NCBI GenBank assembly: GCA_016210115.1 | Contig: JACQUW010000326.1 | Location: 131-64,130, forward strand | Length of the DNA stretch: 64,000 nt | From: Deltaproteobacteria bacterium | GTDB taxonomy: Bacteria; Desulfobacterota; Binatia; UBA9968 | Direction: 5' to 3' | Part shown: in pieces, positions 24,429-33,959 of the stretch | Numbering within the stretch: position 1 is the stretch's first letter | Layout: every line of letters starts with the position of its first letter | Notes under the pieces: generated by a model | The model's input: only the letters and a program-made list of their open reading frames with translations | Told to the model about the DNA's origin: nothing | Database searches by the model: none | Translations under genes and position numbers: made by a program

Positions 24429-25807
24429 GCGGCGCCCCTAAAACTCTTCACCCGTTGTTCCCTCCTGGCGCGAAAGATCAGCCGCAAGGGCGAGTTTTCG
24501 AGCCCCAGGTTGAGGCGTAATTGCCGCTCCAGATAGCGTCGATATTCGGCTGCGACCGCCATCGGAAAATTTACAAAAATCACAAAAGTTGGCGGGCGCG
24601 TCGCCGTTTGCGTGGCGTAGAAAAACTTGACTTGCCTGCCCCGGGCAAGCGGTGGAGTATGCTTCTGCACCGCCTCCTGAAGGGCCTGGTTGAGTCGTGA
24701 TGTCTGGACACGGCACTGATAGGCGCTGGCGACCCGCGCCACCGTCTGCATGATGCTGTCGACTCCATAGCCCGTCAGGGCCGAGATAAACGTAACCGGA
24801 GCATAATCTACGAACGCAAGCTTTTCATAAACCCGCTCCCGATAAGATCTCCGGTCGCCCTGATCATGCGAGATCAGATCCGACTTGTTGACCGCCAGGA
24901 CTAAACCCTTGCCACGCTGCGCCGCGTAAGCGAGAATCTGAGCATCTTGATCGGTCACTCCCTCACTGCCATCCAGAAGATGGATCACCACATCGCCCCG
25001 ATCGACTGAACCGAGCGAGCGAATCACACTGTATCTTTCAATGCGATCGACGATTCGCGCCTTGCGGCGAATCCCGGCTGTATCGACGAGAACGTACTCC
25101 TGGCCTCGAAACACGAAGGGACTTTCCAGCGCATCGCGCGTGGTTCCCGGGCCCGCGTCCACCACCGAGCGGCCATAGCCCAACAGCCGGTTTACCAGCG
25201 TCGATTTGCCCACATTGGGCCTCCCCACGACCGCCAGAGACAGAGGTCGCGAAGCTTCTTCTTCGATTCTCTCCTCAACCTCAGCCGGAAACGCGGCCGT
25301 GATGCTATCCATCAACTCCGAAAGTCCGAAGCCATGCTCAGCGGAAAGAGGATACAGGCTCTCCAATCCCAGCGCATAGAACTCGTAGAGGGAATCCTCT
25401 CTGGGTTTGGTGTCGATTTTGTTCACAGCAAAAAAGACCGGCTTGTCCACGCCCCTCAAAAGCTCGACAGCGTCGCGATCCACCGGGCTCAAGCCCGTCT
25501 TCCCATCGAACAAAAAAAGAACAACGTCGGCTTCCTCGAGAGCCAGACGGCTTTGCTCCTGAATTTTTTTCTCCAGATCCGATTCCGGCTCCGGGTCGAA
25601 GCCTCCAGTATCGATCAGCACGAATCGCTTCCCATACCATTCCGCCCGCCCGTAATTGCGGTCCCGCGTGACTCCAGGGAGGTTGTCTACGATCGCTTGT
25701 TTCCTTCCGGATAGGCGGTTGAACAAAGTAGACTTCCCAACGTTGGGACGGCCCACAAGAGCTACGACCGGCAGGCGGGGAATAGGGCTTGAGGTTACTT
25801 TGGCCAT
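24410..25807 (-). CDS. der: Ribosome-biogenesis GTPase Der (EngA)
   Basis: It has two tandem GTPase domains ([20 protein letters not shown] and [20 protein letters not shown]) plus a KH-like C-terminus. ATG 25807 is preferred. Confidence 0.93.
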   Translation of the reverse strand: MAKVTSSPIPRLPVVALVGRPNVGKSTLFNRLSGRKQAIVDNLPGVTRDRNYGRAEWYGKRFVLIDTGGFDPEPESDLEKKIQEQSRLALEEADVVLFLFDGKTGLSPVDRDAVELLRGVDKPVFFAVNKIDTKPREDSLYEFYALGLESLYPLSAEHGFGLSELMDSITAAFPAEVEERIEEEASRPLSLAVVGRPNVGKSTLVNRLLGYGRSVVDAGPGTTRDALESPFVFRGQEYVLVDTAGIRRKARIVDRIERYSVIRSLGSVDRGDVVIHLLDGSEGVTDQDAQILAYAAQRGKGLVLAVNKSDLISHDQGDRRSYRERVYEKLAFVDYAPVTFISALTGYGVDSIMQTVARVASAYQCRVQTSRLNQALQEAVQKHTPPLARGRQVKFFYATQTATRPPTFVIFVNFPMAVAAEYRRYLERQLRLNLGLENSPLRLIFRARREQRVKSFRGAAWKRSK

Positions 25808-25882
25808 TGTCTCTAAAGTCCGGGAAAGGGCGGAGCGCATAGGGCTAAGAGTTTTTCCGCGCCATGCTCTTAGCTGCTCTGT

Positions 25883-26806
25883 TCACAGGCCCATCTCCGT
25901 CAGCGCGCGCGGGTCTCGAGTCCAGCCTTCGGTCACCCGGATGAAAAGCTCCAGGAAAACCCGACAACCCAGCAGGGTCTCCAACTCCTCCCGGGCTTGC
26001 CTCCCGATCTCTTTGAGCATCGAGCCCTTTTTTCCTATGAGAATCGGTTTATGCGATTCCCGGTCCACGTGGACGGTCGCTTTGATAACAACCAGGTTTT
26101 TTTCCTCTTTTTCGCTGAACTCTTCTATAGTGACGGCGGTCGCGTAGGGAATTTCCTCCCGCGTTAGAACAAAAATCTTTTCGCGGACGATTTCCGAGGC
26201 GATGAAACGTTCCGTTTGATCTGTTACTTCTCCTTCAGGATAGAAACAGGGGCCTTCGGGAAGCATCTTTTCTATTTTGTCCAAAACAAGATCGACGTTT
26301 TCTCCCTTAAGAGCGCTTACCGGAATGATCTCTCTCTCGGGCAGCAGAGCGGCGCAACGCTCCATGATGGGGAGCAGCTTCCCTTTCGATATGAGATCAA
26401 TTTTGTTGAGCAGAACAAGCGTGCGGGGCTGAAGCTCCGCGAGATTCTTGGCGATATCCTCATCTTCAGGGCCCATGCCCGCCCGGGCATCGACCAGCCA
26501 CAGGATGCCATCCACTTCTCTCAACGTCCTGAGGGCAACATCCACCATCCGGCGGTTCATGAGCGAACGGGCCCGGTGAATACCTGGAGTGTCGATAAAA
26601 ACGGTTTGCGAGCTCGGAGTTGTTCTGATTCCTAAGAGCCGGTTGCGAGTGGTTTGGGGCTTTGCCGAAACGATGGCAATCTTCTGTCCCAAAAACTGAT
26701 TGAGGAGGGTCGATTTTCCCACGTTGGGTCTGCCGACGATGGCGATGTACCCGGACCGATGGGAACCTGAGCCCTGATCCACCTTGGTTGCCTGTTCTTT
26801 CTCCAT
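25883..26806 (-). CDS. era: GTPase Era
   Basis: [22 protein letters not shown] and NKID are present, with a C-terminal KH domain (KPILIGKKGSMLKEIG). Confidence 0.95.
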   Translation of the reverse strand: MEKEQATKVDQGSGSHRSGYIAIVGRPNVGKSTLLNQFLGQKIAIVSAKPQTTRNRLLGIRTTPSSQTVFIDTPGIHRARSLMNRRMVDVALRTLREVDGILWLVDARAGMGPEDEDIAKNLAELQPRTLVLLNKIDLISKGKLLPIMERCAALLPEREIIPVSALKGENVDLVLDKIEKMLPEGPCFYPEGEVTDQTERFIASEIVREKIFVLTREEIPYATAVTIEEFSEKEEKNLVVIKATVHVDRESHKPILIGKKGSMLKEIGRQAREELETLLGCRVFLELFIRVTEGWTRDPRALTEMGL

Positions 26807-26850
26807 CCCTGAATCTCTCCCGGTTCATTATGACATGAGCTTCTGATGGA

Positions 26851-27507
26851 TCAAGAACGCACTTTCCTCTCGTCTCCTTCGCAGGTGTAGATGACCGCGA
26901 CCGATTTCGGGCCGAGATCGAAGCGGCGTCGTTCGGCGAGCCACGGGAGGCCGTCTTTAATTTCATCGACGCTCGTGACGCCGGGCGGGCTGAGAAAAAT
27001 GATGGTGACGGTTCGCGGCGATTCGATCACGGATTGACGGATGTTGCCGAATACATCCGCGAGCACGTGTTTGCTGAAAGGATTCCAGAAGTAAATCACC
27101 GTCACCTCAGGTGGAACACGGAAGCTGCGCGCGTCGACGTTGTGCAGCTCGATATCGCGGCAGCGCAGCCGCGGCAACGCCCGCTGCACATTTTTCACGG
27201 CCCGCTCGTTCAGCTCGGGGATCAGCTCGACGCCAATGATTTTCCGGAACGGATAAGTGGCCGCGAGCACGACGGCGCGTCCCATCCCTGAGCCGAAGTC
27301 GAGGAATACGTCTTCGCCCGGGCGGATGTCGATCAGCTTCATCAATTGCCGGAAGCGGATGTAGCTGGTCGCAATATACTGGTGGCAAGCGGCGTCGGTC
27401 ACGCCGTATGTGTCGAGGAAAATTTCCGTGTCGGAAAAGATGCCGAGCCGCCATTCGTAGAAGCGTTCGTAGAGCCGGTACAGAAAATAGCGCAGCCTTC
27501 GAACCAT
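26851..27507 (-). CDS. Class I SAM-dependent methyltransferase
   Basis: Motif I is VFLDFGSGMGRAVVLAA, followed by GVELIPEL. The substrate is unknown. Confidence 0.7.
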   Translation of the reverse strand: MVRRLRYFLYRLYERFYEWRLGIFSDTEIFLDTYGVTDAACHQYIATSYIRFRQLMKLIDIRPGEDVFLDFGSGMGRAVVLAATYPFRKIIGVELIPELNERAVKNVQRALPRLRCRDIELHNVDARSFRVPPEVTVIYFWNPFSKHVLADVFGNIRQSVIESPRTVTIIFLSPPGVTSVDEIKDGLPWLAERRRFDLGPKSVAVIYTCEGDERKVRS

Positions 27508-27863
27508 GGCTATTAGGAAGGCTGAGGTCTACGTGGATACAAAAGGGTTCTGGCCATTCCAAGAGCTGCGATCGATCGTGAAATACTAGTGGAATTGCAT
27601 CCTTCCCCGGATGTCAAAATGTTGCAATCGTTTTCGGATCATGGGACAGACGGAGAAGAGATCGGTCCCTTGAATCTCTGCCGTTTCACCGATTCGGGAT
27701 TATTTAACGCGCCGAGAAAGTCTCGGTGATAGACGAGAAAAGATTATGCCACGCCATAGTGTGATAGGCGAGCGTTCATGGGATAGATCACGACAAGCGG
27801 TTAAATGCGTGGCGCAAAGAGCATGGTGCTGGAAAAGTGGTTGGCACAAAAGTTTGTTTGAGT

Positions 27864-28400
27864 TCAGGATTTCTTTCCCGCCGCGGATGCTTCCAGAACC
27901 GAAAGCGCAATCGCCGGGTAGGCGCCGCACCGGCAAATATTGCCTGAAAGCCATTGGGCAATCTGCTCGCGCGTTGGCGAGGGGTTCTCCAAAAGAAGCG
28001 CCTTGGCTGCCATGATTTGCCCGGGCGTGCAGTAGCCGCACTGGGATCCGACGTTGCGGATGAACGCCTCTTGCAGCGGATCGAGTTTATCCCCTTCTGC
28101 GAGCCCTTCGATGGTGAGCACCGACTTCCCATGCGACTCAAAGGCCAGATAGCTGCACGAGCTCACCGCTCGATTGTCGACAAGAACCGTGCAAGCCCCA
28201 CATACCTCCGATTCACAAGACCGTTTGGTTCCCGTGAGCCTAAGGCGGTATCTTAGAAAATCGAGCAGCACTTCCTCGATCGGCACCTCTCCCCGCCACG
28301 GTTTTCCATTAACCGTGACCGAAAGCTCAAAAACCTGCTGCGTCTTGATGGCATCCAATTCCTTCACAGCTCCTCCATCGGCACTAAATTCGATTTTCAC
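27864..28400 (-). CDS. (2Fe-2S)-binding small subunit of a xanthine-dehydrogenase-family molybdoenzyme (S1)
   Basis: The plant-type cluster motif is SCESEVCGACTV..SC and the second cluster motif is CGYCTPG..CRCGAY. The start is uncertain: GTG 28400, or GTG 28367 with GGAGGAG upstream. Confidence 0.9.
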   Translation of the reverse strand: MKIEFSADGGAVKELDAIKTQQVFELSVTVNGKPWRGEVPIEEVLLDFLRYRLRLTGTKRSCESEVCGACTVLVDNRAVSSCSYLAFESHGKSVLTIEGLAEGDKLDPLQEAFIRNVGSQCGYCTPGQIMAAKALLLENPSPTREQIAQWLSGNICRCGAYPAIALSVLEASAAGKKS

Positions 28401-28418
28401 TCCCTGAGACGAACACGG

Positions 28419-29381
28419 CTATCGCCCGGCCTTTCTTGCGCCTTCAACAAACTGGGGATCGGTGAATCGGGACAGATTCATGGAGCGGATCTCATCTTCG
28501 CTTTTTCCCATCATCCGAAAAGCGGATTGCAACACCTTCACGTCCGGAGAAGGGTCCAATTGCAAGTATTGCTTCACGACCAGGTCGTAGGTTTTGTCCA
28601 GGAGATTGGACTCGTCGATCCGCGTGTACTTTTTGATGACCGCCGTGGTCTTTACGCGCTCCGCTTTCATGAACGAAATTGCGGCGACAAATCCCGCGGC
28701 GAACTTGTTCACCATAGCTGGTTTTTCCCGCAGCAGACGCTGCCGGGCGATGACCGCGTTCATGGGAAAGGCGATGTCCAGATTGGCAAAGTTGAGGAAT
28801 TCCTTGAACCCATATTCGATCGCCTTGAAGCTTGCCGGGTCGGCCAGGACGGCCGCATCGATGTGGCCGGTATGGATCGCCGCTAGTATTTCTCCGATTC
28901 CGCCAACCTGAATAATCTGGACCTGATTGGAAGGTATTTTCCATTGGCGCAGCGCATAGCGAAAAGCGAAGTCGTATAAGCCCCCGAATCGAGTGACGCC
29001 GATTTTTTTTCCCGCGAGATCCTGCGGGGTGCGAATATTCACTGAAGTCACAAGCGAGAAGGCGGGCTTCTTGATGGGGATGGCGATCACCCCGATCTCC
29101 GCTTTTTGCTCGATCGCGCTTAAGATGGCAGCGCCCCCCACCATCCCGAAAGCCACTTCACCCGAAAGGATCGCGGCCAAGCCGATGGGACCCGATCGGA
29201 TATAGGCAAGGTCTACATCCAGCCCCTGCCTCTCAAAAAAGCCCCGGTCCACGGCTACCCAGACAGGAGCCTGTGTTGCCGCCAGCGCAGTGTACGCGAC
29301 GTGGATTTTCTCGGCCAAAACGAGCGCCGGATTCGAAAGAATGATGAAAGCAATGAGCTTTAGAATTCCGTTGAATTTCAC
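28419..29381 (-). CDS. Periplasmic SBP, NMT1/SsuA/TauA-like
   Basis: GTG 29381 with GGGGTGG upstream gives the signal peptide VKFNGILKLIAFIILSNPALVLA. The body is paralogous to the SBPs at 41857, 44675 and 62779 (WVAVDRGFFERQGLDVDL..). The ORF extends to 29465. Confidence 0.8.
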   Translation of the reverse strand: MKFNGILKLIAFIILSNPALVLAEKIHVAYTALAATQAPVWVAVDRGFFERQGLDVDLAYIRSGPIGLAAILSGEVAFGMVGGAAILSAIEQKAEIGVIAIPIKKPAFSLVTSVNIRTPQDLAGKKIGVTRFGGLYDFAFRYALRQWKIPSNQVQIIQVGGIGEILAAIHTGHIDAAVLADPASFKAIEYGFKEFLNFANLDIAFPMNAVIARQRLLREKPAMVNKFAAGFVAAISFMKAERVKTTAVIKKYTRIDESNLLDKTYDLVVKQYLQLDPSPDVKVLQSAFRMMGKSEDEIRSMNLSRFTDPQFVEGARKAGR

Positions 29382-29468
29382 AAAACCACCCCGTTGAAAT
29401 TTTCGCTGCCAGCGGACAAACAAATTTGCAGTCCGGCCCGGTTTCTGACGATTCGATTGATACAAGGC

Positions 29469-31763
29469 TCAGATCTTACCCAGCGCCTGCAAGATCTTTT
29501 CCGCGGTAATCGGCAAAGATCTCACGCGAACCCCGATGGCGTCAAAAATCGCGTTGCCGATCGCCGGCGCAACCGTGACAATTGAAGTCTGAGACATCCC
29601 TTTCGAGCCAAACGGGCCCGGCCCGTCGCCCCTCTCCATCATGGACGAATAAAATGACCGCGGGAGATCGGCTATGACAGGCAACCGGTATTGAAAAGGA
29701 TCGCCGTTTTGCATCTGCCCCTCGCCATAGACGGTCTCTTCAAAGAGCGCGTGTCCTAACCCCATCACGGCCCCGCCGTCCATTTGTGCTTTGGCCGAAA
29801 GGTGATGCAGCGCCTTGCCCGCATCCGTGACAACCGAGAACCGGAGCACGCGCAACTCACCGGTCTCACAATCGACTTCAACTTCCGCGGCCCCGGCACT
29901 CGGGGCCCAGTGATCCATGCCGCTGAAAGCCGAATCTTTCTGCGTGGGGCGAGGCGCATGATGACCCACCGCTTGAATCACCGCATCTTCTCCTGACGCC
30001 CTCGCGACATCGCCGAAAGAGTAGCTCTCTTCGGCGTGCAACAGCCGCCCTCCGACTACTCGCCATTCTTCGGGATTTCCCCCCATTGTTCGACATGCGG
30101 TGAGAATCAGCTCTCGTTTGAGATTCTCGCACGTAATTTTTACGGCATTCCCCATCTGCATCGTTGTGCGTTGAGAATGCACGCCGATAAACGGCAGATC
30201 AACCGCCGTATCCGGCTGCCCAACCACGATCCGGCTCTGCGGAATTTCCAGCGACTTCGAGGCGATAATGCTGATGAGATTATGAACACCCTGGCCCAAA
30301 TCCGGAGCGTTGTGCTCAATCCTCACAACCCCGGAAGCATCCACGCTCGCCATGGCGGACGTCTTGGTGCCGCCCTGGGAGCCATGCCGGAGGCTAAGGG
30401 CCATCCCTTTCCCGCGCGCGACGCCGCGCCGGATTACCGGAGTCTTTTGTTCCAGCGACGAACGACCATCCCAACCCATTGCCGCGATGGCGCTCTCCAT
30501 CAGATCCAGGTAATCCGTGTCCATCAAAGGAGTTCCCTTGGCCACGAACTGGCCGCGCAGAAGAACGTTTTTTCTTCTGAATTCAGTCGGATCGATCCCC
30601 ATCTGCCGGGCTACGCTGTCAATGGCGCACTCTATTCCCCAGGTGGTTTGCACTTTGCCCGTTGCCCGGGTATGCCCCGCGGGCACTTTGTTCGTGTACG
30701 CGCAGCGGGCATGAATACTCACATGCGGAATGCGATAGCAACCCCAGGCCGAGATGACCGCGTTGTGGGTGGCGGTCGGCGCGCCGGTGGTATAAGCTCC
30801 CGTGTCCACGACGAGATCGACCTTCAAAGCCGCCAGCGTCCCGTCCGATTTCACGCCTATCTTTGCTTTGTAGACCATGGCATGGCGGGCATTCTGCCGG
30901 AAGCTAAGCTCCGCTGTGGGAATTAATCGTATCGGCCGGCCGATCTGGCGTGATAGAAACAACGTCGCGAGGATGGAGTTTGTCAGCGTTTTTGAGCCGA
31001 AGCCTCCTCCAACATAAGGAACCCGCACTCGAACGCGCCTGGGATCAACTCCAAAGATTTCCGCGATCTCTTCTGACTCGCGAAACGGAGAACTGGTGGG
31101 CGCCCAGAGGTCGATCTCATCATTCAGGAATCGGCCGAGACAACCGCCGACATTTTCCATGGGATGATGAAACATGGAAGGCGAACTATAAGTCTCTTCA
31201 AATATGCGGTCGGCTTGCTTGAATCCCTCTTCCACATCGCCCCACTCTAGCTTGTCCTCAAAAAGAAGATTGCTGCCTTTGCTCTCGTGAAGAACAGGCG
31301 CTCCGGGAGACAAAGCCTCGGTGGCATCAAAAACAGCCGGCAACACCTCGTACTCGACTTCGATCAATTCGATCGCCCGCCGGGCGGTGCGCAGATCCTC
31401 TGCGGCCACCAGGGCGACGAGCTCGCCGTCAAACCGGACCTTATCCACTGCGATAAAGCTCTCATCACTCATGGGTTTCCACGAAAGATAAGCCGTTGGG
31501 GCGGGAACCGGCAGGGCCGGGTTAAAGCCGTTCAAGTGCTCCCGATCCAGGATACCGACCACGCCCGGAAGCGCTGCGGCCCTGGATGAATCTATGGAGA
31601 GAATCCGGGCGTGCGAATACGGGCTGATCAGGGGAGCAGCGAAGGCCGTGCCCGGCAGATCCGGCAGGTCCTCAATATACTTCGCCTGTCCCGTCACCTT
31701 GTCCTTCGCATCAATACGCGGCTGCTCTTGCCAGCCGTGCACGGTCTCAGAAGTTTTGGCCAT
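29469..31763 (-). CDS. Molybdopterin-binding large subunit of a xanthine-dehydrogenase-family enzyme (L1), atypical active site
   Basis: The N-terminus is KVTGQAKYIEDLP, with VPYVGGGFGSK and the C-terminus GPGPFGSKGMSQTS..APAIGNAI. The position that is Glu in L2 (GMGE) and L3 (GIAE) is Gln here. Confidence 0.9.
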   Translation of the reverse strand: MAKTSETVHGWQEQPRIDAKDKVTGQAKYIEDLPDLPGTAFAAPLISPYSHARILSIDSSRAAALPGVVGILDREHLNGFNPALPVPAPTAYLSWKPMSDESFIAVDKVRFDGELVALVAAEDLRTARRAIELIEVEYEVLPAVFDATEALSPGAPVLHESKGSNLLFEDKLEWGDVEEGFKQADRIFEETYSSPSMFHHPMENVGGCLGRFLNDEIDLWAPTSSPFRESEEIAEIFGVDPRRVRVRVPYVGGGFGSKTLTNSILATLFLSRQIGRPIRLIPTAELSFRQNARHAMVYKAKIGVKSDGTLAALKVDLVVDTGAYTTGAPTATHNAVISAWGCYRIPHVSIHARCAYTNKVPAGHTRATGKVQTTWGIECAIDSVARQMGIDPTEFRRKNVLLRGQFVAKGTPLMDTDYLDLMESAIAAMGWDGRSSLEQKTPVIRRGVARGKGMALSLRHGSQGGTKTSAMASVDASGVVRIEHNAPDLGQGVHNLISIIASKSLEIPQSRIVVGQPDTAVDLPFIGVHSQRTTMQMGNAVKITCENLKRELILTACRTMGGNPEEWRVVGGRLLHAEESYSFGDVARASGEDAVIQAVGHHAPRPTQKDSAFSGMDHWAPSAGAAEVEVDCETGELRVLRFSVVTDAGKALHHLSAKAQMDGGAVMGLGHALFEETVYGEGQMQNGDPFQYRLPVIADLPRSFYSSMMERGDGPGPFGSKGMSQTSIVTVAPAIGNAIFDAIGVRVRSLPITAEKILQALGKI

Positions 31764-31787
31764 ACTGACGCTCTCTATCGCGACTCC

Positions 31788-33248
31788 TTACTCTTTGGGA
31801 CTGACAAGAAATCCCCACTTCTTCCTCGCTCTCGCCATTCTCTCAGGATCTGTCTTGACCGCTTGCGGAAAAGAATGAATTCTCTCATACGGTTTGCAGG
31901 CATCCAAAACCAATCGGGAGCTGTGAACAGCGTTCGGCAAAACCCCGGTATCGAGAGGACTGCTGAAAGAGCGACGGATGACTTGAGCCGACCGCTCAGG
32001 GTCGCTTCGGGTGCAGATGGCCCACACCACTTCCTCCAGATCGGCCGGATCGATATCATCATCGACGACAACGACATATCTCCCGTTTCTAATCCCCACC
32101 CCGCACTGCGCGGCCACGATTCCGACCTGCGTTGCATGCCCCGGATATTTCTGGCGCACCGAGATCACGGAAAAAAGGCTCCCACCGCCTGCCTCGTGGA
32201 GCCATACGCCTTTGATTCCTGTCAGACCGGCGCTCTCTAAATAGTTCCACAAAAGAGCCGAACGGAGTAGTCCCTGCGTATGCGCTTGTGAAGAGGGTGG
32301 CTTGATCGGAGGCCGCCCAAAAATAATCGGTTCATCGCGATACAAAATGGACTTGATTCGGATAACCGGCTGGGGCGATCTCTCACTGCCGTAGTAGCCG
32401 GTCCACTCGCCGAAAGGTCCTTCGGCCAAAAGATCGCCTTCCGCCGATTCGCCCGCGATGACGCATTCAGCGCTCGCAGGAACCGGTAGGCCGGTCATGG
32501 GCTCCTCGATGGTCTCGACAGGCTCGCCTTTTATGCCGCCGGCGTAATCCAACTCACACGTGCCGGCGGGCAGATTGAGCGACGATACGATAAAAACGAG
32601 CGGATCACATCCCAAAACGACGGCGACAGGACAGGGCTTTCCCTGCTTCCACCACTGCTCCCGGTGGAGTCGCCCGTGTCTGCCGGGTTCGGCATAAAAG
32701 CCGAGAGCATCCGGGCCATGAAGCATCGCCCTGTAAGTGCCGACATTGACCCACCCATCCTCGGGAGACCGGGTAATGACGCAGCAGCCGGTTCCAATAT
32801 AGGGACCGCCATCGTGCAGGTTCCATGTGGGAGCAGGGAATCTGCGAATGTCGATGTCTTTTCCCATGACCCGGTTTTTCGTGACGGGACTACTCTCCAC
32901 CTTCACATGGGGGATCAACGAAATGGTTTTGACTTTCTCCTTCCAAAGACGAACAAAATGGACTTCATCTTCCGGAAGCGGCAGGCGCAACGACAGGGAC
33001 AGCCTCCTCCGGGATCCGAGAGCGTTTAGAAGAACGCGATATCCACCCTCTACTCCCTTCAGCCGATCGCAGAGAACCGCCGGGTTATTCCGCGAGTGGC
33101 ACACCAGCGAAGCAAGCTCTCCGATCTCGAGATCGGGTTCCACCCCATCCACACAGCGCAGCTCGCCGGCTTTTTCGACCAAGGACAGCCATTCGCGCAA
33201 GTCCTTGTAAGATTCAGCCGCGCTTATCGAGGCTTCGGTCCCGCTCAT
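31788..33248 (-). CDS. UbiD-family (prenylated-FMN-dependent) decarboxylase, paralog 1
   Basis: EGPFGEWTGYYGS is present, with a typical UbiD length and N-terminus (DLREWLSLVEKAGELRCV). The start overlaps the GntR stop (ATGA). Confidence 0.9.
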   Translation of the reverse strand: MSGTEASISAAESYKDLREWLSLVEKAGELRCVDGVEPDLEIGELASLVCHSRNNPAVLCDRLKGVEGGYRVLLNALGSRRRLSLSLRLPLPEDEVHFVRLWKEKVKTISLIPHVKVESSPVTKNRVMGKDIDIRRFPAPTWNLHDGGPYIGTGCCVITRSPEDGWVNVGTYRAMLHGPDALGFYAEPGRHGRLHREQWWKQGKPCPVAVVLGCDPLVFIVSSLNLPAGTCELDYAGGIKGEPVETIEEPMTGLPVPASAECVIAGESAEGDLLAEGPFGEWTGYYGSERSPQPVIRIKSILYRDEPIIFGRPPIKPPSSQAHTQGLLRSALLWNYLESAGLTGIKGVWLHEAGGGSLFSVISVRQKYPGHATQVGIVAAQCGVGIRNGRYVVVVDDDIDPADLEEVVWAICTRSDPERSAQVIRRSFSSPLDTGVLPNAVHSSRLVLDACKPYERIHSFPQAVKTDPERMARARKKWGFLVSPKE

Positions 33249-33937
33249 CCTGCCTTCCTTCTAAGATAGAGGATCAGGTTCTGCCTCCCCTCTTGAATAT
33301 GCTGCCGGATCAATTTTCTCGCGCCGGCAACGTTCTGTTTCATAATGCAGTCCAGTATCATTTCATGTTCTTTGTAAACTTTTTTCCCTCTTTGCGGAAA
33401 ACCCTCCAGGCTGCGCTTGAGGATCAATCGTTCGAAGATCTTCTCCAGAGCGTTTTTGATAAATCGATTGTGACAGGCCTCTGCTATTCTCAGATGAAAC
33501 TCTTGATCGGCCCGCAATCTTTCCATCGAAATCGGCTGCTGGACCGCCCGATGATATTTTATTGTGATCTCTTTTAGATCTCTTATGAGCTCCTCGTCCT
33601 TTATAGAGGAAGCTTTCTCCACCGTGTAGGCCTCAATAATCTCCCGAAACGAATATAATTCATCCGCCTCATCGACGGTGATTTCATTGAGGTAGTAGCC
33701 TTTTCTCGCAACGCTCCTGACGTAACCTTCCTGAACCAGCCGGTTGATCGCCTCTCGTACGGGCGTCGTGCTCACGCCCAGCTTTTCGCTGAGATATTCA
33801 TGTTGCAGTTTCTGTCCTGGAACGATCTGCTGCGTAAAGATCAAATCTTTGATCTTGAAATAAACCTGGTCCGTCAGGCTGAGCGAATAAGGCGACCAGC
33901 CATCTTCTTTGAATGCGGGGTAAAGAGTTTGGTCCAT
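33245..33937 (-). CDS. GntR-family transcriptional regulator (FadR/FCD subfamily)
   Basis: The winged HTH is LQHEYLSEKLGVSTTPVREAINRLVQEGYV, with a helical C-terminal FCD-like domain. ATG 33937 with GAAGG upstream is preferred over the long ORF start 34129, which would overlap the upstream gene. Confidence 0.85.
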   Translation of the reverse strand: MDQTLYPAFKEDGWSPYSLSLTDQVYFKIKDLIFTQQIVPGQKLQHEYLSEKLGVSTTPVREAINRLVQEGYVRSVARKGYYLNEITVDEADELYSFREIIEAYTVEKASSIKDEELIRDLKEITIKYHRAVQQPISMERLRADQEFHLRIAEACHNRFIKNALEKIFERLILKRSLEGFPQRGKKVYKEHEMILDCIMKQNVAGARKLIRQHIQEGRQNLILYLRRKAG

Positions 33938-33959
33938 TATGATTTTACCTTCAGCGCGC

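Noticed and set aside
27842-27857. TGGCACAAAAGTTTGT, a sigma-54-like motif on the plus strand
   Set aside because: The -12 element reads TTTG, so the GC is displaced by one. There is also no plus-strand gene downstream.
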